From positions 292,248 through 356,247 of the forward strand of contig JAVKJW010000001.1 in assembly GCA_031458695.1 (NCBI GenBank): DNA of 64,000 nucleotides, read 5' to 3'. The stretch is from Candidatus Thermofontivivens primus (GTDB lineage: Bacteria > Sysuimicrobiota > Sysuimicrobiia > Sysuimicrobiales > Thermofontiviventaceae). The translations under genes and the position numbers were made by a program. The notes under the pieces were generated by a model. It made no database searches, was not told where the DNA came from, and saw only the letters and a program-made list of their open reading frames with translations. Position 1 is the first letter of the stretch. Every line of letters begins with the position of its first letter. Below, in pieces: positions 50,457-59,362 of the stretch.

Positions 50457-51350
50457 ATGGACAACCTGAACTTGATCGCCCAGTATGTGCTGTCCGGCCT
50501 GGTCATCGGGGTCATTTACGCCCTGATGGCGGTGGGGATTACCTTCATCTATAGCATCATGAAGATGATCAACTGGTCGATGGGCGAGTTCTTCATGATC
50601 GGGAGCTACCTGCAGTTCTTTTTGATCATGGGACTCCTCGGGCCAGGTCGGTGGTACCTGGCGATTCCTCTCTCGATGCTTGCAGTCGGCGTACTGGGCG
50701 TGTTCCTCCAACGCTTGTTGCTACGGCCGATGTTCGTGGGCACGCTCGAGCGGCGCGACGAATATGCAACCATCGTCACCATCTCCCTTTCCGTGTTTTT
50801 TCGGAACCTGGCCGTGGTGGTCTTTGGGCCATACCAGTTCTCCCCTCCCGACTACTTCCGGCCGGTCCAACTCGGGCCCCTCCCCTTGAATGGAAGCCGC
50901 TTCGTTGCGTTCATCGGCTCGGCCCTGCTGTTAGCGCTGTTTTACTTAGGGGTCAAGCGCACGTGGTTGGGTCGGGCGCTGCAGGGAGCTGCCCAGAACC
51001 GCCTGGGCGTTCAGACGGCGGGAATCGACCTGCAGCGGCTGGACCAGATCGCCTTCGGGATTGGTGTGGCCCTGGCTGCAGCAACGGGAGCTTTGCTTGC
51101 GCCAATCCTCCTTGTCCACCCTGAGAACGGGGCCATTGCAACCGTGAAGGGGTTCGAGATCATTGTGATTGGTGGCCTTGGATCCATCACGGGGAGCATC
51201 ATCGCAGGGCTGCTTCTCGGGTTGGTGGAGAGCCTTGGGACCATTGTGCTCTCCCCCGCCTATCGCGACGTGTACGGATTTGCTCTTCTCATCGCGATCT
51301 TAGTCCTCAGGCCGTGGGGGTTGTTTGGAGAGAGGGAGCGCGTAGCGTGA
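50457..51350 (+). CDS. HAAT ABC permease (LivH-like)
   Basis: YALMAVG, GGLGSITG, LRPWGLFG. Confidence 0.9.
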   Translation: MDNLNLIAQYVLSGLVIGVIYALMAVGITFIYSIMKMINWSMGEFFMIGSYLQFFLIMGLLGPGRWYLAIPLSMLAVGVLGVFLQRLLLRPMFVGTLERRDEYATIVTISLSVFFRNLAVVVFGPYQFSPPDYFRPVQLGPLPLNGSRFVAFIGSALLLALFYLGVKRTWLGRALQGAAQNRLGVQTAGIDLQRLDQIAFGIGVALAAATGALLAPILLVHPENGAIATVKGFEIIVIGGLGSITGSIIAGLLLGLVESLGTIVLSPAYRDVYGFALLIAILVLRPWGLFGERERVA

Positions 51351-52327
51351 ATTCTAGAAACCGTTCCTTGGGCTTCGGAATCAGCATTGGGTTGGCTGGT
51401 CTCCTCCTGCTGCCTTTCGCCGTGGGCAGCTATGCCCAGCACGTCTTGGTCGTCTCTCTTTACTACGTTGTCTTGGCATCAAGCTGGAACCTGCTGGCCG
51501 GATACACGGGCTTGTTTTCCCTTGCCCACCATGCATTTGCTGCGCTAGGGGGCTACACCTCGGGCATGCTGGCTGTACACGCAGGTGTTCCTGTCCCGCT
51601 GGGGATCCTAGCTGGGGTGATTCTGGCAGGTGCCGCCGGATATGGCCTTGGGGCGCTCACCCTTCGCATGCGGGCGATTTACCTAGCCCTGGCCACATGG
51701 GCATTCGCTGAATCCCTTCGCCTGATCATCGCAGCAGAGTATAAGTTCACCCGAGGCGACCTGGGGCTCCGTGTCCCCCACCTCTTTGGGACCTCCAACC
51801 CACGCGTACACTACTACATCTTCCTGGCCCTAGCCCTCCTCACAGTCGTGGCGATTCGGGCTCTGTTGCACTCCAAAATCGGCTACCGGCTCCGAGCCAT
51901 CCGGGACGATGAGGAAGCTGCGGCGACAACTGGGATCAATACCGTGCGCTGGAAGAAGTTTGCGTTCGCGGTCACTAGCGCCATGGCTGGTATGGCCGGG
52001 GCTTTCTACGGACATTACATCGGGCTTCTCAGCCCTGTCTCCATCAAGTTCACCGAGATGGCTACGATCATTATCATGGTCATCGTCGGCGGGCTCAGAA
52101 CAATCTCCGGACCTATTGTGGGCGCGGTGTTCGTGGAAGTCCTCTCCGAGGTCCTCCGCCTCTCAGGAGAAGTCCGCATGGTCCTGTTCGCTCTGCTCGT
52201 GATCGTGCTCATGCGCCTATATCCAGGAGGGCTCATGGCGTTCGTACGGTCTGTGGCGCGTCGACTCCGTAGATATACGGCCTTGCGGGAAGTACCAGCT
52301 TCCTGGCAGGAAAAGGAAATCTCTTGA
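51347..52327 (+). CDS. HAAT ABC permease (LivM-like)
   Basis: WNLLAGYTG, YLALATWAF, AIRDDE, VGGLRT; GTGA overlap with the upstream gene. Confidence 0.9.
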   Translation: MNSRNRSLGFGISIGLAGLLLLPFAVGSYAQHVLVVSLYYVVLASSWNLLAGYTGLFSLAHHAFAALGGYTSGMLAVHAGVPVPLGILAGVILAGAAGYGLGALTLRMRAIYLALATWAFAESLRLIIAAEYKFTRGDLGLRVPHLFGTSNPRVHYYIFLALALLTVVAIRALLHSKIGYRLRAIRDDEEAAATTGINTVRWKKFAFAVTSAMAGMAGAFYGHYIGLLSPVSIKFTEMATIIIMVIVGGLRTISGPIVGAVFVEVLSEVLRLSGEVRMVLFALLVIVLMRLYPGGLMAFVRSVARRLRRYTALREVPASWQEKEIS

Positions 52328-52338
52328 TTTTTTGCGCG

Positions 52339-52368
52339 TTGACAGATCCCAGGGGGAGATAGTATATT
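52339..52368 (+). promoter_or_regulatory. Sigma70 promoter upstream of the riboswitch and pilT
   Basis: TTGACA, 18-bp spacer, TATATT. Confidence 0.75.
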
Positions 52369-52400
52369 AAGGCTAAACCGCATATTGAGATTTTGAGCGC

Positions 52401-52506
52401 TTTCCTCCGAAAGGGCAAACCCGGAGCGATCCGGGGACGCAAAGCCATAGGGCCACCAGGTCCGTTCCCATGCGGAAGGGGGCCGGCTAGGCTGCCGAAG
52501 AGGGGG
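52401..52506 (+). ncRNA. c-di-GMP-I (GEMM) riboswitch aptamer
   Basis: CGAAAGGGCAAACC-stem-GCGA loop-GGACGCAAAGCC...GCTGCCGAA; the Vc2 G20-equivalent position is G (52414). Confidence 0.9.
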
Positions 52507-52510
52507 CTGG

Positions 52511-52561
52511 GAGTTCCCGTCGGCATGCCCAAAGGCAGGGAGGCGACGGGATTTTCTTTTT
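52511..52561 (+). terminator. Intrinsic terminator (riboswitch expression platform)
   Basis: TCCCGTCG...CGACGGGA followed by TTTTCTTTTT. Confidence 0.75.
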
Positions 52562-52640
52562 GATCCTCGGTTCAACTCCTCTGTAGGGGATCCGATTCAT
52601 CAGGGGAGGGAGGTTAGGGTCTCCTCAGGAGGGATGAAGG

Positions 52641-53699
52641 ATGGACATTACGGAGCTTCTCCTACTGGTCAAGGAGCGCAACGCCAGCGACCTCCATCTC
52701 ACCGTGGGGGCTCCCCCGATCCTGCGCATCGATGGAAAGCTGACAAAGCTTGATCATCCTCCGTTGACCCGCGAGCAGATCCACGCGATGCTCTATGAGG
52801 TGCTGACCGATGACCAGAAGGCCAAGTTCGAGGAGACCCACGACCTCGACTTCTCCCTTGATCTCGCGCAGGTCGCTAGGTTCCGGGTTAACCTCTTCAT
52901 GACGAGGCTAGGGGAGGCAGCGGCCTTCCGCCTGATCCCAAGCAGAATCAAAAGCCTGGAAGAGCTAGGGCTCCCTCCTGTCCTAGCGGAACTAGCGATG
53001 AAGGACAGGGGGTTGATCCTCATCACAGGTCCCACTGGGTCTGGGAAAACCACCACTTTGGCAGCAATCATTGACTACATGAACGATCACCGCTACGACC
53101 ACATCATCACCATTGAGGATCCCATCGAGTTTGTCCACCAGCACCGGAATTGCCTCATTAACCAGCGGGAGGTCGGTCCCCACACCCGCTCCTTTGCGAA
53201 CGCCTTGCGCGCTGCGTTACGGGAGGATCCCGATGTGATCCTCGTCGGAGAGATGCGCGACCTGGAAACCATCTCCCTTGCCCTCACCGCCGCTGAGACT
53301 GGGCACCTGGTCCTAGCCACGTTGCATACCAACAGCGCCGCCCAGACCATCAACCGGATCATCGATGTCTTTCCCCCACACCAGCAAGAACAGGTGCGCG
53401 TCCAGCTCTCTGAGACGATCCTGGGGGTGTGCGCTCAGACCCTCATCCCACGCGCAGATGGGTTTGGTCGCGTCGTGGCCGTGGAGATGATGGTGGCGAC
53501 GCCTGCGATTCGGAACCTCATCCGGGAGGCAAAGACCTACCAGATCCCCTCGATCATCCAGACGAGCACGAAGGATGGGATGCAAAGCCTCGACCAGAGC
53601 TTGAGGAACCTCCTGCGCGCAGGATTGATTACCCTGGAGGAAGCGATCAAGCGCGCGGTGGACAAGCAAGCTTTCATGACAGGAGGGAATTCCCGCTGA
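52641..53699 (+). CDS. pilT: Type IV pilus retraction ATPase PilT
   Basis: GPTGSGKT, TIEDPIE, LREDPD, TLHTN, AIRNLIRE. Confidence 0.96.
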   Translation: MDITELLLLVKERNASDLHLTVGAPPILRIDGKLTKLDHPPLTREQIHAMLYEVLTDDQKAKFEETHDLDFSLDLAQVARFRVNLFMTRLGEAAAFRLIPSRIKSLEELGLPPVLAELAMKDRGLILITGPTGSGKTTTLAAIIDYMNDHRYDHIITIEDPIEFVHQHRNCLINQREVGPHTRSFANALRAALREDPDVILVGEMRDLETISLALTAAETGHLVLATLHTNSAAQTINRIIDVFPPHQQEQVRVQLSETILGVCAQTLIPRADGFGRVVAVEMMVATPAIRNLIREAKTYQIPSIIQTSTKDGMQSLDQSLRNLLRAGLITLEEAIKRAVDKQAFMTGGNSR

Positions 53700-54785
53700 G
53701 TGGCGATGTCTGATGGGGCTTCTTTGGAGCTTACCCATCTCCTCCGCCTTATGGTGGAGCGGGATGCCTCGGACCTCTATGTGAAAGCGGGGGCTCCTCC
53801 AATGCTGCGCCTGGCCGGCCAGGTGACCCCTGTTCCTGGCCCAGCCCTGGATCCGCAGGAGACGCAGACCCTTGCTGAGAGTTTCCTCACTTCCCGCCAG
53901 CGCGCCGCTTTGAACAGAAAACAGGAACTGAATCTCTCTGTCTCCTTGCCGGGAGTAGGTCGGTTCCGGTTGAACATTTACCTCCAGCGGGGAAGCGTCG
54001 CCCTCGTGGCCAGGCGCGTTAAGGACCGCATCCCCTCTTTCGAGGAGCTCCGTCTGCCCAAGGTGTTAGAAACCCTGGCCATGGCCCCGCGAGGTCTGGT
54101 CCTGGTAGCGGGTCCGGCTGGTTCTGGGAAGTCTACCACTCTGGCCGCCATGGTCGATTACCGGAACACCCACGCAAGAGGGCATATCGTAACCATCGAG
54201 GATCCCATTGAGTACCTCCACCAAGACAAGCAGAGCATCGTCAGCCAGCGTGAGGTTGGCACGGATACAGAGTCCTTTACCACAGCCCTCCGGGAGGCGT
54301 TGCGCCAGACTCCTGATGTGATCCTCATTGGGGAGATGCGTGATGTGGACAGCGCCACCTCCGCTGTGCACTTTGCAGAGACTGGCCATCTTGTCTTCAG
54401 CTCCCTCCATGCAATGAATGCCACAGCTGCTCTCGAGAGGGTCCTTCAGTTCTTCCCTGTGGAGGCGCACCAGGAGGTTCTGTTCCAGCTTTCCCTGAAT
54501 CTCCTGGGGGTGATTGGGCAACGCCTCGTCCCCCATCTCAACGGGACCGGCCTTGTGGCTGTGGTCGAGGTCTTGCTCTCCACTCCCAGGGTGCGGGAGC
54601 TCATCCGGAGGGGGGAGCTTGGCTCGCTGCGTGCAGCTATGGAAGCGGGCACACAGGAAGGGATGCAGACATTTGACCAAGCGCTCTACGACCTCTACCG
54701 CCGTGGATTGATCTCTTACGAGACGGCCATGGAGGCAGCGGAGAGTCCCAACGATCTCCGCCTGCGGATCAAAGGGCTCAAGTGA
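53700..54785 (+). CDS. pilU: PilT/PilU-family ATPase
   Basis: GPAGSGKS, LRQTPD, SLHAMN, GMQTFDQAL, SPNDLRL. Confidence 0.85.
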   Translation: MAMSDGASLELTHLLRLMVERDASDLYVKAGAPPMLRLAGQVTPVPGPALDPQETQTLAESFLTSRQRAALNRKQELNLSVSLPGVGRFRLNIYLQRGSVALVARRVKDRIPSFEELRLPKVLETLAMAPRGLVLVAGPAGSGKSTTLAAMVDYRNTHARGHIVTIEDPIEYLHQDKQSIVSQREVGTDTESFTTALREALRQTPDVILIGEMRDVDSATSAVHFAETGHLVFSSLHAMNATAALERVLQFFPVEAHQEVLFQLSLNLLGVIGQRLVPHLNGTGLVAVVEVLLSTPRVRELIRRGELGSLRAAMEAGTQEGMQTFDQALYDLYRRGLISYETAMEAAESPNDLRLRIKGLK

Positions 54786-54849
54786 TGTCGACTCCTGAGC
54801 AAGGTTCTGATCGAAAGAGAGGGGAGATGCAAAGAAAGCTTAGGAGAGG

Positions 54850-55794
54850 GTGTTCAGAGTGAGGAAGCGGATCGGCTTGTGCGGGATCCTCCTTGTGGCT
54901 GTGGTGACCGTGCTGGGATTGACCCAACCTGGCCATGCGAGGCCCCGCCTTGCGCAAGCAGTTGCGCTATTCCAGGCCGGGCGCTTTTCCTCCGCATCCG
55001 CGGTCCTAGAGCAGCACGTCAGGGCATTTCCCGGAGACCCTCGCGGGTTCCTATGGCTAGGGGCGAGCTACTATTCCCAGGGACGCTACAGGGAGGCTTC
55101 TTGGGCCTTCTCCCGGGCAACCTCGTTGAGGCCAACGGACGACTCCTACCTCTGGCTTGGTGCTACCTACGCGCGCATGGGACGCAAGGAAGAAGCTGGG
55201 AAGATACTGAGCTGGCTTGCCCGGTTTGCCTCCGACCCTCAGGTCCGCTCCATTGCCCAGATATGGGAGAGGGCAACGTTGGCTCATGCACAACTTCCCC
55301 GCTCTCCTGTCTTTGACGCATACGCCCGCGTCGTGCGCAGGTACAACCCAGCGCTCTCTCCGTCTCTTGTCGAGAACATCGTCCGGAGCATCCTGTATTA
55401 CAGCTGGCAGTATGGGATCGATCCGAGGCTTGTGATGGCAGTGATCGCGATAGAGTCTGGATTCCAGGTCCATGCCAAGTCTCCCGCAGGGGCCTACGGG
55501 CTTGGGCAGCTCATGCCAGCTACCTGGCAGGCGCTCCGGATTAACCCTGCGGATCCCATCGCGAACATCTACGGCACAGTTCGTGTCCTGCGGTCCCATC
55601 TTGACCGTTACGGGCACAGGAACCTTCCCCTCGCTCTTGCGGCGTATAACGCAGGGAGGGGGGCTGTGGCCAGGTATGGCGGGATTCCGCCATTTGCGGA
55701 GACGCAGTGGTATGTTCTCAATGTCCAGGCACTTTACGCGAGGTTTATAGGTGGTTCCCCTCAAGTTTCCGTGGAAGAACCGATTGATACCTAA
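54850..55794 (+). CDS. Secreted TPR-repeat lytic transglycosylase (SLT)
   Basis: Signal peptide; TPR-like repeats; IAIESGF, GLGQLM, AYNAG, ETQWYV. Confidence 0.88.
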   Translation: MFRVRKRIGLCGILLVAVVTVLGLTQPGHARPRLAQAVALFQAGRFSSASAVLEQHVRAFPGDPRGFLWLGASYYSQGRYREASWAFSRATSLRPTDDSYLWLGATYARMGRKEEAGKILSWLARFASDPQVRSIAQIWERATLAHAQLPRSPVFDAYARVVRRYNPALSPSLVENIVRSILYYSWQYGIDPRLVMAVIAIESGFQVHAKSPAGAYGLGQLMPATWQALRINPADPIANIYGTVRVLRSHLDRYGHRNLPLALAAYNAGRGAVARYGGIPPFAETQWYVLNVQALYARFIGGSPQVSVEEPIDT

Positions 55795-55804
55795 GGAGTA
55801 CTTC

Positions 55805-55836
55805 ATTCCTTTCCGAGAAGGTCGGAAGGAATTTTT
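55805..55836 (+). terminator. Intrinsic terminator after the SLT gene
   Basis: ATTCCTTTCCGA-GAAGG-TCGGAAGGAAT followed by a T-run. Confidence 0.7.
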
Positions 55837-55878
55837 GTGTGCGGGTAGAATGAGGGGGTAGACAACTGAATACAGGGG

Positions 55879-55984
55879 TCCCTCACGAAAAGGCAAACCC
55901 ACAGCAATGTGGGGGCGCAAAGCTACAGGGCCCTCTGGGAATCGACGATCACAGAGAGGGTCGGCTGGGCTGCCGAAGGGGGAG
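55879..55984 (+). ncRNA. Second c-di-GMP-I (GEMM) riboswitch aptamer
   Basis: CGAAAAGGCAAACCC-GCAA loop-GGGCGCAAAGCT...GGGCTGCCGAA; G20-equivalent is G (55892). Confidence 0.9.
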
Positions 55985-56113
55985 ATTTCATTTTGGGGTT
56001 CTCCCGGGAACGCTCGCGCTCCTTTCCCAGGATTCCCCTCCTTCCGATCCCGGTGAAACAAGGCTTTCACCGGGACCCCGGCCCGGCAGCCCGGTAGGAA
56101 AGGAGGGGAGGTT

Positions 56114-56905
56114 ATGGCAGTCGCACTGAGGCAGATCCATGAACACCGCGCCGCTGACGAGCGAGAGGGGGAGGATCTCCAGGAATTGTTCTGGGAGTAC
56201 CGGCGAACTCGAAATCCTGAGCTCCACACAAAGATTACCTCTTTCTATATGTCCCTCGTCCCCGCTGTGGCCCGCCGGTACGCGCGCTCCGATGTTTCGC
56301 TGGAGGATCTCATTCAAGTGGGGTATATCGGGCTCATCAATGCTGTAAGCCAGTTCGACCCGGCCAGAGGGGTCAAGTTCGAAACTTACGCACGCCACCT
56401 CATCGCCGGGGAGATCCGCCACTACCTGAGGGATTTTGGAGGAGTGGTGCGGCGCCCCAGGTGGCTCTATGCCTTGAACAAGAAGATCACCGCCGCGGTC
56501 TTCGATCTCCATCGCCGATTGGGCCGGCCTCCCTTGCTTTCCGAGATCGCCGAGGCGGTGAACATTACGGAGGAGGGCGTCCTTGAGGTCTTACGGGCTC
56601 GCGAGACGGTGCGGGTGGCTTCTCTTGAAGAACTCAGGGAGAACGGGGACGGAGAGATCCGGATCAACCGGGAATCGATCGTCCACCGCCACTATGCTAC
56701 TCTGCAACTCCCCGTCGAGGACCGGATCTTCCTCATGGAGGCCATCGAGCGCCTTAGCGAATTGCAACGGAAGGTGATTTACTACCTCTTCTTCCTGGAC
56801 CTTACCCAGGTAGAGGCGGCGAAGCGCCTTGGGATCTCCCAGAAGCACGTCTCGCGGGTGATGCACGCAGCTTTAGTCAGGCTCAGGGAAATGTTGACGG
56901 CTTAG
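56114..56905 (+). CDS. Alternative sigma factor, SigB/SigF/SigG-like (group 3)
   Basis: EDLIQVGYIGL, FDPARGVKFETYA, GEIRHYLRD; region 4 TQVEAAKRLGISQKHVSR. Confidence 0.9.
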   Translation: MAVALRQIHEHRAADEREGEDLQELFWEYRRTRNPELHTKITSFYMSLVPAVARRYARSDVSLEDLIQVGYIGLINAVSQFDPARGVKFETYARHLIAGEIRHYLRDFGGVVRRPRWLYALNKKITAAVFDLHRRLGRPPLLSEIAEAVNITEEGVLEVLRARETVRVASLEELRENGDGEIRINRESIVHRHYATLQLPVEDRIFLMEAIERLSELQRKVIYYLFFLDLTQVEAAKRLGISQKHVSRVMHAALVRLREMLTA

Positions 56906-56947
56906 GAAGTCTTGATAGGAAAGATTAGCAAGAGGGGAGGAGGGCCG

Positions 56948-57295
56948 ATGAAGAAGCGAGAGGCTGTCCTGAGCGAAGTGAAAGGCCGGGTGGATCCGTC
57001 GGTGGGAGGTGCCGAACGGACGGTGCTCGATGATGTCCCCCTGTACCCAATTCGCACCGTGGCCCAACTCGCCGGGGTGGATGCCCGGCGGATCCGGACG
57101 TGGGAGACCCAGTACGGTTTGCTCTCCCCTTCTCGAACCAAAGGAGGTCATCGCCTGTTCTCCCGCCGGGAGCTGGAGCTCATCCGCCGGATCAAGCACA
57201 TGGTGGATGAGGAAGGGCTGAGCCTCCAAGGTGTCCGCCTGCTCCTGCAGGCAGAAGAGAAGAGCCGGGACGGGCGAGATGGAGAAGAGGAATGA
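56948..57295 (+). CDS. Short MerR-family HTH regulator
   Basis: YPIRTVAQLAGV..IRTWE..PSRTKGGHRLFS; no evident sensor domain. Confidence 0.85.
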   Translation: MKKREAVLSEVKGRVDPSVGGAERTVLDDVPLYPIRTVAQLAGVDARRIRTWETQYGLLSPSRTKGGHRLFSRRELELIRRIKHMVDEEGLSLQGVRLLLQAEEKSRDGRDGEEE

Positions 57296-57559
57296 GATCC
57301 CGAGTTTTTCAGAAGATCCAAGTGTCTTTCTGAAAGAGCTCGGGAGAGATGACCAATGCGGATGGTATTTTTGAGGGAATGATCTCACCCAGCGAAGTCT
57401 CTGGAGGGATTTTGTTGGGGAGGGTTCGGTAAGCACGCGTCCCACTAAGAGAAGGGAATCCCCGGAAAGTATCCCGCTGCATTCTGGCTGGATCTTGACT
57501 GGACCCCGGAAATTACAAGAGGAAAGGGCTTGCCCTGAGTGGAGCGAAGGGAGCATGTA

Positions 57560-59281
57560 ATGGAAAGGTCCAAGCCTATAAGCGCCAAGTCCATTGGCGA
57601 GATCCTTTTGGACCAAGGGTTCATTTCCCGCCAGCAACTTGAGACCGCCCTGGCCATGCAGCGGCGGAGCGGTGGCCATTTGGGGACGATCCTCCTGGAG
57701 ATGGGGGCGATCACGGAGCGCCAGCTCGCCAAGGCCCTGGGGATCCAGTGGGGTCTCCCTTACGTGGACCTCAGCGCCGTGGATATTGACCCTGAGACAG
57801 TGAAGCTGATCCCACATTCCCTCGCCCAGCGGCATAAGGTCATCGCCATTGCCCGCATGAACGACCGCCTCCGACTCGCCATCGCCGACCCCTTGAATGT
57901 CATCGCCCTCGATGATGTCCGACTCGTCACGGGACTTGAGGTAGATCCGGTGGTGGCTGCACCTGAAGACATCCAGCAGGCTATTGCGCGGTTCTACGGG
58001 CTTGGAGTGGACATGGAGGAGGTCGTCCGGCAGGTCGCCATCCAGGAGGTCAACGGGGAGGAGCGGACAGAGGAGATCACCGTGGAGCGCCTCCGTACCA
58101 TGGTGGAGGAGGCTCCGTTGGTGCGCTTGGTGAACCTCATCATCTCCCAGGCGATCCTCGACGGTGCCAGCGATATCCACATCGAACCCCATAGGCAGGG
58201 CATCCAGGTACGGTATCGGATTGACGGTGTCCTCCACGATGTGATGGCACCTCCAAAGCAGCTACAGGCAGCGATCATCTCCCGGATCAAGATCATGGCC
58301 AGCATGGACATTGCCGAGCGACGAGTCCCCCAGGACGGTCACATTCACTTGGTTGTGGAGGGACGGGAGTATGACCTGCGCGTCTCCACTCTTCCCACCG
58401 TCTATGGGGAGAAGGTGGTGTTGCGGATCCTGGATCAAGCGAGTATGCGCTTGAACCTCTCCCGCCTAGGGATGACGGTAGATACCTTGACGAAATGGGA
58501 GGCCCTGATCAGTAAGCCATATGGGATGATCCTGGTGTGCGGCCCTACGGGGAGTGGGAAAACAACCACCCTGTACGCCACCCTGAACAAGTTGAACATC
58601 CCAGAGAAAAATATCGTCACCGTCGAAGACCCCGTGGAATACCAGCTTCCACGGATCAACCAGGTCCAGGTGAACCCTAGAGCGGGCATCACCTTTGCCA
58701 ATGGGCTCCGGAGCATCCTCCGACAAGACCCGGACATCATCATGGTTGGGGAGATCCGAGATCGGGAGACGGCGGAGATTGCTATCCAGGCTTCCCTCAC
58801 TGGCCACCTGGTCTTGAGCACAATCCATACGAACGACGCCCCCGGGGCCACCACGCGCCTCATCGATATGGGGATCGAGCCCTTCCTGATCACCTCCTCC
58901 CTGATCGGCGTCCTGGCGCAGCGCCTTGTCCGCACCATCTGCGAGTCCTGCAAGGAGTCCTACGCCCCGCCACCGGAGGCCCTGCGCCGCCTTGACCTAG
59001 AGGGTACGAAAGAGATCCTGCTCTACCGGGGGAAGGGCTGCGACCGGTGCAGGGGGACAGGATATAAGGGGAGAACGGGGATCTTCGAGCTGATGGTCAT
59101 GGACGAGGAGATCGCTGAGCTCGTCCTGCGGAATCGTTCGCTCGCAGAGATCCGACAGAAGGCCATCAGCAGGGGAATGCGAACTTTGCGAGAGGATGGC
59201 ATCCGGAAGCTCCTAGAGGGGACGACTACAGTGGAGGAGCTGTTGCGGGTGGTCTTTGTGGACGAGCCTTCGGATAGGTGA
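57560..59281 (+). CDS. pilB: PilB/GspE assembly ATPase 1 with MshEN-like N-terminus
   Basis: ASDIHIEP, GPTGSGKT, LRQDPD, CxxC/CxxC Zn motif. Confidence 0.92.
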   Translation: MERSKPISAKSIGEILLDQGFISRQQLETALAMQRRSGGHLGTILLEMGAITERQLAKALGIQWGLPYVDLSAVDIDPETVKLIPHSLAQRHKVIAIARMNDRLRLAIADPLNVIALDDVRLVTGLEVDPVVAAPEDIQQAIARFYGLGVDMEEVVRQVAIQEVNGEERTEEITVERLRTMVEEAPLVRLVNLIISQAILDGASDIHIEPHRQGIQVRYRIDGVLHDVMAPPKQLQAAIISRIKIMASMDIAERRVPQDGHIHLVVEGREYDLRVSTLPTVYGEKVVLRILDQASMRLNLSRLGMTVDTLTKWEALISKPYGMILVCGPTGSGKTTTLYATLNKLNIPEKNIVTVEDPVEYQLPRINQVQVNPRAGITFANGLRSILRQDPDIIMVGEIRDRETAEIAIQASLTGHLVLSTIHTNDAPGATTRLIDMGIEPFLITSSLIGVLAQRLVRTICESCKESYAPPPEALRRLDLEGTKEILLYRGKGCDRCRGTGYKGRTGIFELMVMDEEIAELVLRNRSLAEIRQKAISRGMRTLREDGIRKLLEGTTTVEELLRVVFVDEPSDR

Positions 59282-59362
59282 CTGCAAGCTCGGAGGATTT
59301 TCCCGATCTTGGTGCAAATCCCTCCATTGGGTCCATTCTGTGTGTCGAGTTCTTCGGGAATC

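Noticed and set aside
52401..55984. GEMM aptamers as cGAMP (GEMM-Ib) sensors
   Set aside because: Both have G, not A, at the discriminating position 20.
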